Positions 38,439-47,072 of a stretch of 64,000 nucleotides of DNA are shown piece by piece. Source of the stretch: a virus; IMG/VR virus record IMGVR_UViG_3300020411_003715, positions 1 through 64,000 of that record; one strand, 5' to 3'. The notes under the pieces were generated by a model that was not told the origin of the DNA, ran no database searches, and was given only the letters and a program-made list of their open reading frames with translations. A program made the translations under genes and the position numbers. Numbering within the stretch: position 1 is the first letter of the stretch; the number at the start of each line of letters is the position of its first letter.

Positions 38439-38785
38439 TCGTTAGCAACAGCCACTGGTCCCTCAGAAGCAGCTTCCATAATGATGCGCTCTTCTTCTCG
38501 AAGCTCTTCAATGCGTTCCTCGAACTCTGCGTTTATAGCTTCCTCTTCTTCTGTGGACGTGTTGTGTATTTCGGTAATGGCCTCTGCGCGGTCTTTTTCA
38601 GTATTGGCCACCTCTCGCTGAATTTCCGTCAACCGGGCCTGTGCCGCTGACCTCTGTATCAGCCACCAAGCGAACGCGAACAAAAGAAGGAAGGCGATTA
38701 CCGCCCAGTGTGGAAGTTTTTTAATAGCCTCCCACGCCTTTGAGAAGAATCCTTTAATCCCTCCCCATATGGATACCCAATTCAT
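38402..38785 (-). CDS. Inner-membrane spanin-like protein (N-terminal TM + coiled coil)
   Basis: WAVIAFLLLFAFAWWLI followed by a long charged coiled coil; AGGAG SD. Confidence 0.6.
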   Translation of the reverse strand: MNWVSIWGGIKGFFSKAWEAIKKLPHWAVIAFLLLFAFAWWLIQRSAAQARLTEIQREVANTEKDRAEAITEIHNTSTEEEEAINAEFEERIEELREEERIIMEAASEGPVAVANEWKEFLSGRKEK

Positions 38786-38806
38786 ACCTACTCCTAAGTT
38801 ATGGCT

Positions 38807-38835
38807 AAAAAAACGCGCCCGGTTAGGACGCGTTT
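38807..38835 (-). terminator. Intrinsic terminator after the DUF1257 gene
   Basis: Minus strand AACGCGTCC-loop-GGGCGCGTT followed by a T-run. Confidence 0.75.
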
Positions 38836-38841
38836 ATAATA

Positions 38842-39264
38842 TTATCCTCTCGCAAGGACAACAAGCTTACCACCTTCCTCTTTAACCTTGGCAGTCAGCC
38901 CCTGACTTTTTAAAGCCTTCTGTGCTTTTAGGGCGCTATACCATTGGTTTACAGATTGTGAGAAGCTTTCAGATGCGCTGGTCTCTCTTACAAGACCACC
39001 TCGGTCATCCATGTCATCGACATGAATCCCATAGGTACCGTCAGGGTTTTTTGAAAACCCAAAACCTGAGTACCCGTTGTGGAAGTCCTTCTCTACCAGG
39101 ATATCGACCTCCGCTTTTGCGGATGAGTAGTATCCCTGAAGAGTGAGAGTCTTCCCTTCTTCCGCAACCTGAATCATAGAGGCCGGAACCCCCAGCTTCT
39201 TCAGAGCGGATAGAACAGTCTTCTTGTCTTTCATGCAAGACTTGCATGTTACTAAGTGCGACAT
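38842..39264 (-). CDS. DUF1257 (Ycf35-like) protein
   Basis: MSH..T.K....D...L..AL..LG N-terminus, GFSKNPDGTY, GGKLVVLARG C-terminus; context with DUF2997 and Ycf46. Confidence 0.8.
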   Translation of the reverse strand: MSHLVTCKSCMKDKKTVLSALKKLGVPASMIQVAEEGKTLTLQGYYSSAKAEVDILVEKDFHNGYSGFGFSKNPDGTYGIHVDDMDDRGGLVRETSASESFSQSVNQWYSALKAQKALKSQGLTAKVKEEGGKLVVLARG

Positions 39265-39267
39265 TTT

Positions 39268-39852
39268 TTACCCCTTGATCTCTTTGTTCAGTTCATAGCG
39301 AAGATCTTTTGAGGGGAAGCCAGCCACAGTGACAAGGTCATCATCAAGATGAACCTCAACCTGTGGAAGATCTTCCAGATCTTCTTCAGTTATTTTGTCC
39401 GACAGAAATATAAGCTCTTGGTTCGAAGACCCCCTTAAGGGTTCTTCACAGTGAAGCTCTTTTACGTATGGCCCCGCCACAACAAGGTCTAAAACGTCCC
39501 GCATCTTGCCCCAGCCATCATGCTCCTCTAGCTCGGCTAAAGACAGGCCGGTAAACATCAACCTGTTGATCCCCGCGTTCATCGCCTTAGTAAGACACAG
39601 AATCTGGTACACAGGAACCCACTGCTCCATAGGCTCCCCACCGCTTATTGTTATGCCGTCAGGGTTATCAGACGTAAGCTCTGTGTACACAGCGTGCCAT
39701 CTTCGGTCCTCGCCACCGGACTTTTTCCATGTGTGCGGATTAAAGCAACCCTTACACTTAATACTACAGCCCTGAAGATGGAGAACATTCCTTCTTCCGG
39801 GCCCGTTGACATAGCTTCCTTTGGTTACGGAGGATACTCTTACTGAACTCAT
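39268..39852 (-). CDS. Radical SAM 4Fe-4S protein (activase-like)
   Basis: GPGRR..LQGCSIKCKGCFNP (CxxxCxxC), GITISGGEP, DLVVAGPY, RGSSNQ. Confidence 0.9.
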   Translation of the reverse strand: MSSVRVSSVTKGSYVNGPGRRNVLHLQGCSIKCKGCFNPHTWKKSGGEDRRWHAVYTELTSDNPDGITISGGEPMEQWVPVYQILCLTKAMNAGINRLMFTGLSLAELEEHDGWGKMRDVLDLVVAGPYVKELHCEEPLRGSSNQELIFLSDKITEEDLEDLPQVEVHLDDDLVTVAGFPSKDLRYELNKEIKG

Positions 39853-40124
39853 TCTCCACCCACCATCTCCAAATGGTCCCCGAGGAACTCTTCCACGTCA
39901 GACCACGCCAGCCAAGACTCATGCGCTGGGTACGAGGGCTCATTTTCATTCGGGCCTACGAAAGGCCAGACATCTAAGGATATACCATCCTTGTTTACAA
40001 GCACCCCAATATCGGCAGAGGGCCCCCCACCAGGGCGAGTAACCTTTATCCACAGGCGCTCATCTCCATACGCCTCCGTTCTTACAAACTCTAAGTCGCC
40101 CACCTGGGCCAGCGCCATCTTCAT
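39849..40124 (-). CDS. Hypothetical protein
   Basis: 91-aa ORF coupled to both neighbours. Confidence 0.7.
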   Translation of the reverse strand: MKMALAQVGDLEFVRTEAYGDERLWIKVTRPGGGPSADIGVLVNKDGISLDVWPFVGPNENEPSYPAHESWLAWSDVEEFLGDHLEMVGGE

Positions 40125-40306
40125 TAGTTTTTCACGCTGTTAGAGTCAGTCTCGTAGTAAGAAGGCTTAAGCTCTTCCTTTAGGACTTCCCCTCCAAGGG
40201 CCTTGATGACTGCGTCGGTGTATTGTTTGCAGCCGGTCCCCTTAACCCCATTAACTTCAGTTTCTACCGACCCATCCTCATGGATCGTTACTTTGACTTC
40301 CACCAT
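40124..40306 (-). CDS. DUF2997 family protein
   Basis: VTIHEDGSVETEVNGVKGTGC..T..LG...EELKPSYY. Confidence 0.8.
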   Translation of the reverse strand: MVEVKVTIHEDGSVETEVNGVKGTGCKQYTDAVIKALGGEVLKEELKPSYYETDSNSVKN

Positions 40307-41150
40307 TGTAGTACCTCCAGTACTTATTGAATTCGTTTTCGATCTGCTTTGCGGCCTCTAGATACCCAGGCCCTAGCGAAGACCCGTCTGGGCTCTTCAA
40401 ATAAGCGCCCGCTTGGGATAAAGTATTATTCGCTAATAGTGCGCGCATAAGCTCAAAACCTCTATTAAAACCTTCTTGGTTGAACAAGAACCCATAAGCT
40501 CTGTCGCTGGGTGGGCACACAAGAGATCTGTAAATGTTAAACCTTACTTTAAGGTAGGCTAACTTACCGTACTCATTTCGTGTCTGTTCTCTCAAGGTTC
40601 GTATGCGGACCGCACACAGTTTGTTTATGGTTCCTTCAAAAGAGGATCTGGGCTTTGGGACCAAATCATTTACCGCTACCCTTAGTTGATTCACCACTAT
40701 AACTAAGGAGTCTCTTTTTATGGCCTCCTCTCTGAGCAGGCTAAGGCCATGAAAAGCAGCCTTTCTTGATGCGAAGGGGACGAAATCTCCGACCCCTAAC
40801 GCTTTATCGCAAAGAGGCTCTGTTGCAGAAAGCGTATCAATAGCCACTACTCTGAATCCTTCTCTTAGCGCTTGGTACGCGGACTCTATGGCCGACTCCA
40901 TGCTGTCTGGGACTACGGATAGGAGGTTTTTTGGCCCAGCGGTTGTTATGTATCGCCTGTCTGGAAGTCCCTCAGTGTGAATTAGGGCAGTAGGGAGGCC
41001 CCCGAAAGAGGCCTCCCTCATCACACTTAAGCAGAGTGTTGATTTACCACTGGCGTCTTCGCCTATGATTTCACACACCCCGCTAGGTAGACCGCCCAGA
41101 AGGAATTCATCTAGTTGGTAAATACCTGTGCGATGTCGCCCGTTAAACAT
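40278..41150 (-). CDS. recA: RecA/UvsX-like recombinase (divergent)
   Basis: TGIYQLDEFLLGGLP.G..EIIGEDASGKSTL, VVAIDTLS, VIVVNQLR. Confidence 0.8.
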   Translation of the reverse strand: MFNGRHRTGIYQLDEFLLGGLPSGVCEIIGEDASGKSTLCLSVMREASFGGLPTALIHTEGLPDRRYITTAGPKNLLSVVPDSMESAIESAYQALREGFRVVAIDTLSATEPLCDKALGVGDFVPFASRKAAFHGLSLLREEAIKRDSLVIVVNQLRVAVNDLVPKPRSSFEGTINKLCAVRIRTLREQTRNEYGKLAYLKVRFNIYRSLVCPPSDRAYGFLFNQEGFNRGFELMRALLANNTLSQAGAYLKSPDGSSLGPGYLEAAKQIENEFNKYWRYYNGGSQSNDP

Positions 41151-41157
41151 TAAGGGT

Positions 41158-42756
41158 TTACTCCGCCTTCTTCAGGTCGCCCCACCCGCCTGCTTTCTTA
41201 TCAGAAACCACTCGGGCAGTGCGCCTTTTGCTCTTGGAAGGACTCTTCTTTTTACTACTGTCCATCTCCTCGTTGGCTCGTAACGCTCGTCCGCTTGCCC
41301 ACTTCCGGAGAGACTCAATCCTCTTCTCCATCGTTACAGACAGCGGGACCGTTCTAGCTGCGGCAGACTCCATGTCCTCGATAGTCAATTCGCGGCCATT
41401 ATCAAAGGCGGCGTATAGACCATCAACGACAACCTGCTCAATCTCTGCGCCAGTAAAGGACTCCGTTGCTGACACAAGACTTTTGAGATCAAAGTTTTGA
41501 GGCTCTCTCCCCATTCGGTTTAGGTGAATCTTAAACACCTCTTCCCGATCGGAAGCATTTGGGAGGTCAACGAAGAATAGCTCGTCAAACCGACCCTTTC
41601 GGAGCATTTCAGGCGGAAGCGCTGAAACATCGTTTGCGGTAGCAACCACAAAAACCTGGGAAGTCTTTTCTGACATCCAGGAGAGAAAGCTACCAAAAAC
41701 ACGCGCAGACGTACCGCTATCATGTGATCCTTGAGCAGAACCAAAGCCCTTCTCGATCTCATCAATCCAAAGAACGCACGGAGAGATTGCTTCAGCAGTC
41801 TTGATGGCTTTTCGAAAATTCGCTTCCGATTGACCAACGTACTGCCCAAATAGAGCCCCAACATCCATACGTAGAACGGGCATATTCCAAGCAGCGCCGA
41901 TACACTTAGCAGTGAGCGACTTCCCTGTGCCCGGGATTCCTACAATCAAGACCCCCTTTGGGTGAGGTAGTCCGAATTTACGGGCATCTTCACTAAAGGC
42001 TTTTCCTCGCTGACCGAGCCAGCTTTTAAGAGTGACGAGCCCCCCAACGTCTTTCATCTCACGATCTACGTCATGGAATTGCAGCACACCGGACTTGCGT
42101 ATGATGTGCTTTTTCTCTTCCATAACAACTCGTGGGTCGAGGGTCTCACACTTAGCCAGAGATTTGGAGAATACGTTCTCTACCTCTCCGAGCGTAAGAC
42201 CGAGGGCTGCACGACAGCCAACACCCACTAATTGATCCTGCTCTTCTTTTGGGACAGCGTCCCCGAAAAAGTCATTCACAATTGGAGAGGTCCATACGCG
42301 AAGCTCATCGGCGCTTGGTAGATCAAAGTCCACAACAGACATAATCTTCTCAAGGCGTGGTGGGATTTTAAGCTCACTATCAATTATTACAATAGTAATA
42401 CCTGGGTTCATCGAAGACGTAAGGTCACGAAGCTTCCTTTGTACCGGATAGCATGGCCCCTCGTTCAACCAGTAACCGAAGTCCTTCAAAAGAAAAACCG
42501 CTGACTGGTCGTGATCCCCGATTTTATCCAGAATCTCTAGGGGTGTCTCGATGTCAGGAAAGTGATCTTTCCCGCAATAGGCACCCTCTGTAAAAGACCA
42601 AGTCCACAGTGCGGAGTTGGCTTCACTAAGTTTGTTCTTGCCCTCAACGATTCTGGACAAGGCTTGCGCAACCCGGTGTTCTTCGTGACTAACCACGTAA
42701 ACCACCGGGTGCGCTGCCCTGATCAGAACGTCGAGTTCTTCGACGCTTTGGTTCAT
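41158..42756 (-). CDS. ycf46: Ycf46-like AAA+ ATPase (degenerate first domain, active second AAA domain)
   Basis: [18 protein letters not shown] (Walker A), LWIDEIEK (Walker B), [21 protein letters not shown]. Confidence 0.88.
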   Translation of the reverse strand: MNQSVEELDVLIRAAHPVVYVVSHEEHRVAQALSRIVEGKNKLSEANSALWTWSFTEGAYCGKDHFPDIETPLEILDKIGDHDQSAVFLLKDFGYWLNEGPCYPVQRKLRDLTSSMNPGITIVIIDSELKIPPRLEKIMSVVDFDLPSADELRVWTSPIVNDFFGDAVPKEEQDQLVGVGCRAALGLTLGEVENVFSKSLAKCETLDPRVVMEEKKHIIRKSGVLQFHDVDREMKDVGGLVTLKSWLGQRGKAFSEDARKFGLPHPKGVLIVGIPGTGKSLTAKCIGAAWNMPVLRMDVGALFGQYVGQSEANFRKAIKTAEAISPCVLWIDEIEKGFGSAQGSHDSGTSARVFGSFLSWMSEKTSQVFVVATANDVSALPPEMLRKGRFDELFFVDLPNASDREEVFKIHLNRMGREPQNFDLKSLVSATESFTGAEIEQVVVDGLYAAFDNGRELTIEDMESAAARTVPLSVTMEKRIESLRKWASGRALRANEEMDSSKKKSPSKSKRRTARVVSDKKAGGWGDLKKAE

Positions 42757-43667
42757 TACTCTCCTACTCGAATGCGACGCTTGCGCTTCACAGTCTTCTT
42801 CTTAGAAGTGCTCGCCTCTTCCACTACAGGCTCCTCTTCGGAGTCGATAATGTTGAGAAGCTCTTCGGTTTCAAGCTCACAGAAGTACCATCGAACAACA
42901 CGATCGATAGCATCTCGATACTCTTTGTCGAGTTCTGTGTCCCGGTTGTTCGCGATATACGTACGAATCTCTTCCATCTCCTTCTTGGACCTGTAAGTCT
43001 TCGCCCGCTTCCGCTGCTTAGTCTCAGGAACCTCGTCCTTACCCATTCCGAGAATCTGCTCCAGGATCTCATCCTGTCCCTTCTCGTTCGGGGTGCCGTC
43101 TTGGTTGACAACCTTGGCCAGCTTTTTGGCCTGGGTCATCGTGATACGGCCATGACGAAGCGCCTCAAAGGCTACCGTGCTCAACCCCTTATAGGTTGAA
43201 CAAAGGACACTCACTTGAGGCTGCGAAATATTAAGCATGCTGGCGACCTTTTCCTGTGTGCCTACACGCTCATTAAGTCGATAAACAGCCTCACACTTAT
43301 CAGCAAAGTTCAACGTCTCGCGCTGAAGGTTCTCACTGATGTTTAGTGCGAGTGCGTCCTCAAGGTTACCATCGTGGACACCACAAGAAATGGTATCGAA
43401 AAACCCTCCGGTGTCACCACCACTGTCCAGACGCGTCTGACGTTCGTCAGCAATTGCCTGCATGCGGCGATAGCCCGCAACAAGGACTACCCGCTCCTCA
43501 CCATTAGCGTCAGTTGTGATGTGAACAATAGGAGGGTTCATCAAACCATCAGACACAATAGAGGCCTGAAGGTCTCTTGTGTCACCGATGTCGGACCGGC
43601 TATTCCTAAAGCCGAGCACATTCTTCTCAATCTTCTCAATAGGAAATGTTCGCTGTTCTAGCTGCAT
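42756..43667 (-). CDS. ParB/Spo0J-like protein (ParB N-terminal domain + HTH)
   Basis: GLMNPPIV, LVAGYRR, ENLQRETL, HTH QEKVASMLNISQPQVS. Confidence 0.85.
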   Translation of the reverse strand: MQLEQRTFPIEKIEKNVLGFRNSRSDIGDTRDLQASIVSDGLMNPPIVHITTDANGEERVVLVAGYRRMQAIADERQTRLDSGGDTGGFFDTISCGVHDGNLEDALALNISENLQRETLNFADKCEAVYRLNERVGTQEKVASMLNISQPQVSVLCSTYKGLSTVAFEALRHGRITMTQAKKLAKVVNQDGTPNEKGQDEILEQILGMGKDEVPETKQRKRAKTYRSKKEMEEIRTYIANNRDTELDKEYRDAIDRVVRWYFCELETEELLNIIDSEEEPVVEEASTSKKKTVKRKRRIRVGE

Positions 43668-43770
43668 TTTCTTCTCCGTGTTGGTGTTCCTAACACCTGA
43701 ATCATCGTTTTGGGTTACCAGTAGTCAAAGTTTATAACCCGTAATATCTCCATGTAAATCGTGTCTATTG

Positions 43771-43886
43771 ATGACAATGTAGTTATTGTCAGTGACAGGT
43801 TTATTGTTGTCACCGAATAACTATTAAATTCAAACACTTACACAAAGGTGTCTTCTAGGGACGTGTGACAATAACTACTCTGTCAC
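43771..43886. promoter_or_regulatory. Left array of three (G)TGACA-N10-TGTCA(C) palindromes
   Basis: Sites at 43771-43792, 43792-43813 and 43865-43886. Confidence 0.85.
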
Positions 43887-43892
43887 CCCTGC

Positions 43893-44969
43893 CTAGTTCT
43901 TAGTCTTCGCTGCAATGTTTCTTCTTCTTCTCTTGGGAGCGCCTTCTGTGGCGACAGCTCCAGAAGTTCCCATATAGGTCTTTAGCGCTGCTGGGTCCCC
44001 TTCAACCTTAACTCCTGAGGAGGTCAGAATGATCTTTAACCCAGTAAGATTTACGACCACGTTATCCCCATGGACGCTGATCTTGCTTAGTGAAGGGAAC
44101 CATTGGCCAAGCTGACCAAGCTCATGACTGAGTGTTCCTATATGCGCTGGTATAGAGAAAGGATCTACTTGCTCAGAGTCTACTCTGAACTTATGAATGG
44201 CTTCCCTCTCAAACCTGGAAAAGTTTACTCTGTTTAGAGCATTGACTGCTGCATTGATTCGATCAGTCTCAGAAGATGCTCTTACGTAGTCAGTATCTCT
44301 TCCAACTTCCATACTCAGCTTATCAAGAAGCTTTGCTATTCCGCCTTGTCTATTTTTGACCTCTGAGATCATTTCTCTAAACCAAGCGAACTCTTTTAGT
44401 ACAGAGTCTAGATCTTCTTGAGTAAGAATCTTCAACTCACTTGTTACACTACAACGCTTCTCTCTGAGAGCTTGTATGTCAGAAATAAGCTTAGCTGAGT
44501 CTGTAACTAAAAGTTCTATCTCAGAAAGTAAGCTCTCCAGATTGACTTCATCTTTTTCAATTATACCCCCATTTGAGATAACTCGGCTAGAAAAGATTTT
44601 GAAGTCAGTCTTACTGATAGAGAAGTCTTGAAGACAAGATCTCATTTTTCTCACTAAGACTTGGGGGATGTTTCTAGCTATGTATGGTCTCAGACTCTTA
44701 AAAGAGTTTAATGAGACTAGGAAAGAAGCAGTGACAGAGTCCATAATTCTGAATGGCATATGTACATGAATCTCTCCTGTATTTGTTTCTTTCCATAAGT
44801 AAACATGACCTTTTTCAACAGGCGTAAGGTCATCGTCGTAAAAGGCTGCCTCTTCTGGATCAGATGGGTCACAGAATAAGTTCTCTGAATATGTAGAGGT
44901 CTTCTTCGTAACCAGCCCCTTTACCAGAATCGGTGGATCAACCCTATCGTTGGTTAGTCGTAGTTCCAC
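43893..44969 (-). CDS. AT-rich hypothetical protein (358 aa, central coiled coil)
   Basis: AGGAGA SD; long ORF; a spot-counted 60-nt line gives ~37% GC. Confidence 0.8.
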   Translation of the reverse strand: MELRLTNDRVDPPILVKGLVTKKTSTYSENLFCDPSDPEEAAFYDDDLTPVEKGHVYLWKETNTGEIHVHMPFRIMDSVTASFLVSLNSFKSLRPYIARNIPQVLVRKMRSCLQDFSISKTDFKIFSSRVISNGGIIEKDEVNLESLLSEIELLVTDSAKLISDIQALREKRCSVTSELKILTQEDLDSVLKEFAWFREMISEVKNRQGGIAKLLDKLSMEVGRDTDYVRASSETDRINAAVNALNRVNFSRFEREAIHKFRVDSEQVDPFSIPAHIGTLSHELGQLGQWFPSLSKISVHGDNVVVNLTGLKIILTSSGVKVEGDPAALKTYMGTSGAVATEGAPKRRRRNIAAKTKN

Positions 44970-44994
44970 AGGTTCTCCTAAGATGTGTGATAGC

Positions 44995-45110
44995 GTGACA
45001 AGTTATTCTCTGTCACCATGCTTATACCACAAATGTTTGTTAACTAGCTGTAATCACTGGATTACATGTGACAGGATAGAGTCTGTCACTGACAACAACT
45101 AGTCTGTCAC
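44995..45110. promoter_or_regulatory. Right array of three (G)TGACA-N10-TGTCAC palindromes
   Basis: Sites at 44995-45016, 45068-45089 and 45089-45110. Confidence 0.85.
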
Positions 45111-45163
45111 TATTAGTGATCTATGTATACAGATCAATACATAGCATATCAAGGATTAGTTGT

Positions 45164-45532
45164 TTAATCGGAACCCGCTGTGAGATAGCTTAGGTCTGGG
45201 AGCCTCATCTCTGGGTCCGTGTCTGTGCGCTGAATCTTTCTTCTCTCCTCACGAACTCGTTTGTCATGAGACATGAGCATGCACTCAGCATCTACTCGGA
45301 TATGTCGAGGGTCTCCGCCCTGGCAAATCCTTACCCGGTCCCCGTCATGTAAGACTATGACCGGATCACCGGACAGCACGTGGGGGAGCTTGACAAAACT
45401 TAGGGCGGACATCGGGTGGGCATACCGCAGGTGTCTTGGGGTGAATTTGTTTGTCGAGAATTTTCCGTCCACGGCGTCAACTGACACCCGCGACCCCTCG
45501 AATAGCCACCGTATTTGTCTTATGTCTATCAC
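45164..45532 (-). CDS. Hypothetical protein
   Basis: 122-aa ORF, GTG start. Confidence 0.6.
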   Translation of the reverse strand: MIDIRQIRWLFEGSRVSVDAVDGKFSTNKFTPRHLRYAHPMSALSFVKLPHVLSGDPVIVLHDGDRVRICQGGDPRHIRVDAECMLMSHDKRVREERRKIQRTDTDPEMRLPDLSYLTAGSD

Positions 45533-45581
45533 ACAGTAATAATAGCAGTGTCCGGGTTTGCTTAGAACTCTTGGTTTAAAT

Positions 45582-45606
45582 AAAAAGGAGAGGATAACCC
45601 CCTCCT
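45582..45606 (-). terminator. Intrinsic terminator closing the Ubl-system transcript
   Basis: Minus strand AGGAGGGGG-TTA-TCCTCTCCT then TTTTA. Confidence 0.7.
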
Positions 45607-45646
45607 AGGCGACTACACCCCCTTTCGGGGGTGCGTCACCAAAAGG

Positions 45647-46372
45647 CTACTTAGTAGCCGAGACCTTCTTTTTCTTACGGGACCGACGGACCCGCTGAAA
45701 CCGAAGGCCTGCTTCGGACATGAGCTTGACGTGAGCCCACGGAAGAGCGCTAGTAAGCGCAACCCTCTCACTCTCGTCATCCCATTCCCCCTCGACAACC
45801 TTTGCGTAGCTTGGCTGTACGTGCTTGGCCATGAACTCTTTGATGTCCACGGTAAACCGCAAGCCTCGACTAGCCGCAAAGCTGACAAGGTAAGCAGGGA
45901 CTTGGAGAAGAGCCATGAGGTCCTTGTCCTCATTTGTCATCTCCCCAACGAGGACCTTAAGCCCTGTATCCCTTTCGAGAACAGAGATCATCTCCTCATT
46001 CTTCTCAAGCCCAACGAGCATGATCGCCGAGCTTACAAATGCTCGGATAAACTCTGCTCGGGACTTTGCCTTCTCCTCGACAGAGGGCTTCTTGGTGCCT
46101 CGGCCCCATCCACCTTGGCAGATGAAGTTCATTGCACCGCTTCCGTCGAAGTACCCATTGGTCTCAAGCTGGAAGGCGTACTTACAACGCATTCCACTCT
46201 CCGAGACCGGGTTACCGACATAGGAGACGGAACCATCTCCGTTCTCCCGCTTCAGCAACTCGGTTACCGTTTTGTTGTACGTGATCGTGATCACGTCGGG
46301 AGCACGCTTAGGATCAATAAGGCTTTGCATTGGGAGACCAGACGCCCAACTTTTCTTAGTATCAAAACTCAT
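45647..46372 (-). CDS. Hypothetical protein directly downstream of E1
   Basis: 241 aa; GGAGG SD; basic C-terminal tail. Confidence 0.8.
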   Translation of the reverse strand: MSFDTKKSWASGLPMQSLIDPKRAPDVITITYNKTVTELLKRENGDGSVSYVGNPVSESGMRCKYAFQLETNGYFDGSGAMNFICQGGWGRGTKKPSVEEKAKSRAEFIRAFVSSAIMLVGLEKNEEMISVLERDTGLKVLVGEMTNEDKDLMALLQVPAYLVSFAASRGLRFTVDIKEFMAKHVQPSYAKVVEGEWDDESERVALTSALPWAHVKLMSEAGLRFQRVRRSRKKKKVSATK

Positions 46373-46406
46373 AACAAGGACCTCCTAGGACACTGTGGTT
46401 TATGAA

Positions 46407-47072
46407 TTAAGCGGTCCGGTTCAACCTCCAGTTTGTAAAGTCAATCTCTACAACCTTGAAGTTGATCGGCTCGCAAATAACACTCTTTGCCACGGCAGAG
46501 CAGATAAGCGAAGCCAGCCCGTATGCGCAGAAAATGGTAGCTTTCTCCGTACACGGAAGTGGCATAGCTTCTTCATCACTGAATAAACTTTTCTCATAGT
46601 TTTCGACAGTTTCGCGATCCCCCTTATCTACAAAGAAAACCTGTCCAAAACGCGCAGCCATTCGACCGTCAATAAAGAATCTTGCTGACGGGCTCATGAG
46701 AAATGATTCGAAGATGGCCTTCCTGGAAGACATGCTGTCCACTGCGGACACTACGTAGGTTTCTTCAAACGTGTGACCCTCTTCGACTCTAGCAAATTCA
46801 GCGATAATTTCAGCGCCAGTCCCTTCGGATAAACGCTTAGCTAAGGCTTCAACTTTCTTATACCCAATTTCTGGTATGAAATAGCCTTGGTTGGCTAGGT
46901 TATGGGACTCTACCGTGTCGTCATCAAAGACCTTGATTCTTCGAACACCCATTTTAGTTAGCGTCTCGACGGTGTGGGAGCCGATAGCCCCAGCACCGAC
47001 AACGCCTACAGTGATGTTATTGATTAGGCCATCAGGAATAATCCCTGATTGCCGAGTAGTATCGATCATCAT
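46407..47072 (-). CDS. E1-like (ThiF/MoeB family) adenylating enzyme
   Basis: GVVGAGAIGS, FDDDTVESHNLANQ, KKVEAL, SAVDSMSSR, IDGRM; candidate catalytic Cys in PLPCT; no Zn CxxC pairs; TAATG-coupled to the JAB gene. Confidence 0.92.
   Translation of the reverse strand: MMIDTTRQSGIIPDGLINNITVGVVGAGAIGSHTVETLTKMGVRRIKVFDDDTVESHNLANQGYFIPEIGYKKVEALAKRLSEGTGAEIIAEFARVEEGHTFEETYVVSAVDSMSSRKAIFESFLMSPSARFFIDGRMAARFGQVFFVDKGDRETVENYEKSLFSDEEAMPLPCTEKATIFCAYGLASLICSAVAKSVICEPINFKVVEIDFTNWRLNRTA

Noticed and set aside
39268-39852. nrdG (class III RNR activase)
   Set aside because: No nrdD in the window and the RNR present is class II; the gene is embedded in the DUF1257/DUF2997/Ycf46 module. An nrdD elsewhere in the genome cannot be excluded.
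46407-47072. Thiamine or molybdopterin biosynthesis ThiF/MoeB
   Set aside because: No thiG/thiS/moaD/moaE context, no Zn CxxC pairs, and it is coupled to JAB and E2-like genes.
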